DNA of 64,000 nucleotides, taken from an uncultured Candidatus Saccharibacteria bacterium (GTDB lineage: Bacteria > Patescibacteriota > Minisyncoccia > Phycocordibacterales > XYD1-FULL-46-19). This document shows, in pieces, positions 62,350 to 64,000 of this stretch. The stretch covers positions 278,330 to 342,329 of the forward strand of contig CAZEAY010000001.1 in the NCBI GenBank assembly GCA_964510655.1. The letters are read 5' to 3'. How positions within the stretch are numbered: the stretch's first letter is position 1; each line of letters starts with the position of its first letter. The position numbers were made by a program, and so were the translations under genes. The notes under the pieces are model-generated. The model did no database searches and had not been told where the DNA came from. It worked only from the letters and a program-made list of their open reading frames with translations.

Positions 62350-64000
62350 TTATATTTTCTTAAGTTCTACGTCCAAGGCTAATCCTCTCAACTCATTCAA
62401 CATCACATTAAACGACGCTGGAATATTTGGTGGATTAATTGGTTCACCTTTGACCACAGAATCAAACGCCGATGACCGGCCCATAATATCATCAGACTTT
62501 ATTGTTAACATTTCACGAAGAGTGTAAGCCGCCCCATAACCTTCCAAGGCCCAGACTTCCATTTCTCCAAAACGCTGTCCTCCTCCTTGAGATCGTCCAC
62601 CAAGTGGCTGTTGAGTAATGAGAGAGTAGGGTCCAATACTACGCATGTGGATCTTGTCTTCAACCATGTGGGCTAATTTCAGAATATACATATAACCAAT
62701 AGCCACATCTTGTTCAAAAGCATCACCAGTTTGTCCATCAAACAATTTTACTTTTCCATCTTCATTGAAGCCGGCCAATTTTAATTCAGACTTAATTTCT
62801 TCTGCACCAACTCCCATGAAAACCGGAGTAATCGCCTGGTAACCTAAAGTACTAGCGGCTAAACCTAAGTGCATTTCAAAAATCTGCCCAAGGTTCATAC
62901 GAGAAGGCACACCAAGCGGAGTTAGAATCATATCTACAGGGCGACCATCAGCCATGTAAGGCATATCCTCTTCTGGCAATACTCGAGAAATAACACCTTT
63001 GTTTCCGTGACGTCCAGCCAACTTGTCTCCCACAGAAATATTGCGAATTTCGGCCACCTGAATATAAATCTTCTTAATGATTCCCGATTCCAGTTTGTCA
63101 CCTTGTTCGCGGGAGAAAACTTTCACACCAATTACCCGACCCTTTTTGCCGTGAGGCATCCGGAGAGAGGTATCTTTTACATCGCGAGCTTTTTCACCAA
63201 AAATCGAGCGAAGCAAACGCTCCTCTGGAGTTAACTCGGTTTCACCTTTTGGCGTAATTTTACCAACCAAGATGTCGCCTGGCTCAACTTCGGCACCAAT
63301 ACGAATGATTCCCTCTTCGTCTAAGTTTTTTAATTTAGCTTCACCAACATTTGGAATATCATGTGTAGTGATTTCTGGTCCAAGTTTAGTATCGCGAACA
63401 TTCACTTCATTTTCTTCAATATAAATACTAGTGAATTTACTATTCTTAACTAAACGCTCAGAAATAATAATAGCATCTTCATAGTTAGCTCCTTCCCAAG
63501 ACATGAAAGCAACTAAGGCGTTTTGTCCTAAAGCCATCTGCCCATCAACAGAAGAAGTGTTATCAGCTAAAAGTTCATTCTTTTTAACTTTTTGTCCTGG
63601 CAAAACTACCGGGCGTTGATGGAAAGAGGTGCTGTCAGCCGTCCGACTAAAGTTTACTAAATTATAGGTATCATATTTATCATCAGCCGTAACAACAACA
63701 ATTTTTTTACCGTCGGCCGACTTAACCGTTCCAGCGTTCCTAGCCAAAACCAAACGGCCAGAATCTAGAGCAGCTCGTTCTTCCATTCCTGTTGCTACCA
63801 AAGCGGCTTCCGGCAAAACACAAGGAACAGCCTGCTTCTGCATGTTTGAACCCATCAGTGCGCGGTTGGCATCATCGTGTTCCAAAAATGGCACCATTGA
63901 AGTCGCAATCGAGTAAGCCTGATTTGGAGCGACATCGATAAACTGTACCTTGGAACGAGGTACCAAAGATGGATGAGCGTTGGTTCGTGCTTCAACCATC
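62350..64000 (-). CDS. rpoB: DNA-directed RNA polymerase subunit beta (C-terminal part; N-terminus lies beyond window end)
   Basis: C-terminal rpoB motifs ([27 protein letters not shown]). The ORF is open to the window edge. Confidence 0.95.
   Translation of the reverse strand, partial: MVEARTNAHPSLVPRSKVQFIDVAPNQAYSIATSMVPFLEHDDANRALMGSNMQKQAVPCVLPEAALVATGMEERAALDSGRLVLARNAGTVKSADGKKIVVVTADDKYDTYNLVNFSRTADSTSFHQRPVVLPGQKVKKNELLADNTSSVDGQMALGQNALVAFMSWEGANYEDAIIISERLVKNSKFTSIYIEENEVNVRDTKLGPEITTHDIPNVGEAKLKNLDEEGIIRIGAEVEPGDILVGKITPKGETELTPEERLLRSIFGEKARDVKDTSLRMPHGKKGRVIGVKVFSREQGDKLESGIIKKIYIQVAEIRNISVGDKLAGRHGNKGVISRVLPEEDMPYMADGRPVDMILTPLGVPSRMNLGQIFEMHLGLAASTLGYQAITPVFMGVGAEEIKSELKLAGFNEDGKVKLFDGQTGDAFEQDVAIGYMYILKLAHMVEDKIHMRSIGPYSLITQQPLGGRSQGGGQRFGEMEVWALEGYGAAYTLREMLTIKSDDIMGRSSAFDSVVKGEPINPPNIPASFNVMLNELRGLALDVELKKI

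Overview
This is an AT-rich (roughly 38-40% GC by eye) bacterial chromosomal segment of compact, mostly minus-strand housekeeping genes. I found no rRNA, CRISPR array, transposase or integrase.

Gene content, in order:
- mreB and murA.
- A four-gene secreted/surface-protein operon (2584-7480).
- A priA-def-fmt block.
- Cyclophilin PPIase, hpf, and pyruvate kinase.
- A MacAB-like HlyD/ABC/FtsX efflux set.
- A complete F1Fo ATP synthase operon, atp(I?)BEFHAGDC.
- uppP, a D-2-hydroxyacid dehydrogenase, PEP synthase and enolase.
- A fused cdaA-ybbR gene, then xseAB, prmC, rsmE and obg.
- A second FtsX/ABC pair, then guaC and pepF.
- tsaC, a CsaA-like tRNA-binding protein and a DsbA-like oxidoreductase.
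- rpoD-dnaG placed directly downstream of rpoB-rpoC.
- Two tRNA genes, tRNA-Asn(GUU) and tRNA-Ala(CGC).

Several features suggest a reduced-genome lineage such as Patescibacteria/CPR. This is inference only:
- ATP synthase epsilon and delta subunits are truncated.
- The PriA homolog has lost all ATPase motifs.
- RpoD carries a Lys-rich N-terminal tail.
- There are many small membrane proteins.
- The metabolic genes present are fermentative.

The parts that look least ordinary are:
- Three short GC-rich (~50-55%) cassettes embedded in the AT-rich background. One is a structured or small-ORF element immediately 5' of cdaA. One is a secreted coiled-coil membrane protein. One is a terminator-flanked ~170-aa gene.
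- A minimal SET-domain (lysine methyltransferase-like) protein and a transglutaminase/papain-fold protein, both next to the coiled-coil cassette.
- The surface-protein operon, which has tandem Cys-motif repeats, an Fn3 module and two carboxypeptidase-regulatory-like beta-sandwich modules.
- A candidate terminator-ended sRNA with an anti-Shine-Dalgarno-like C-rich loop.

All assignments come from motif and architecture recognition by eye. No database searches were run.
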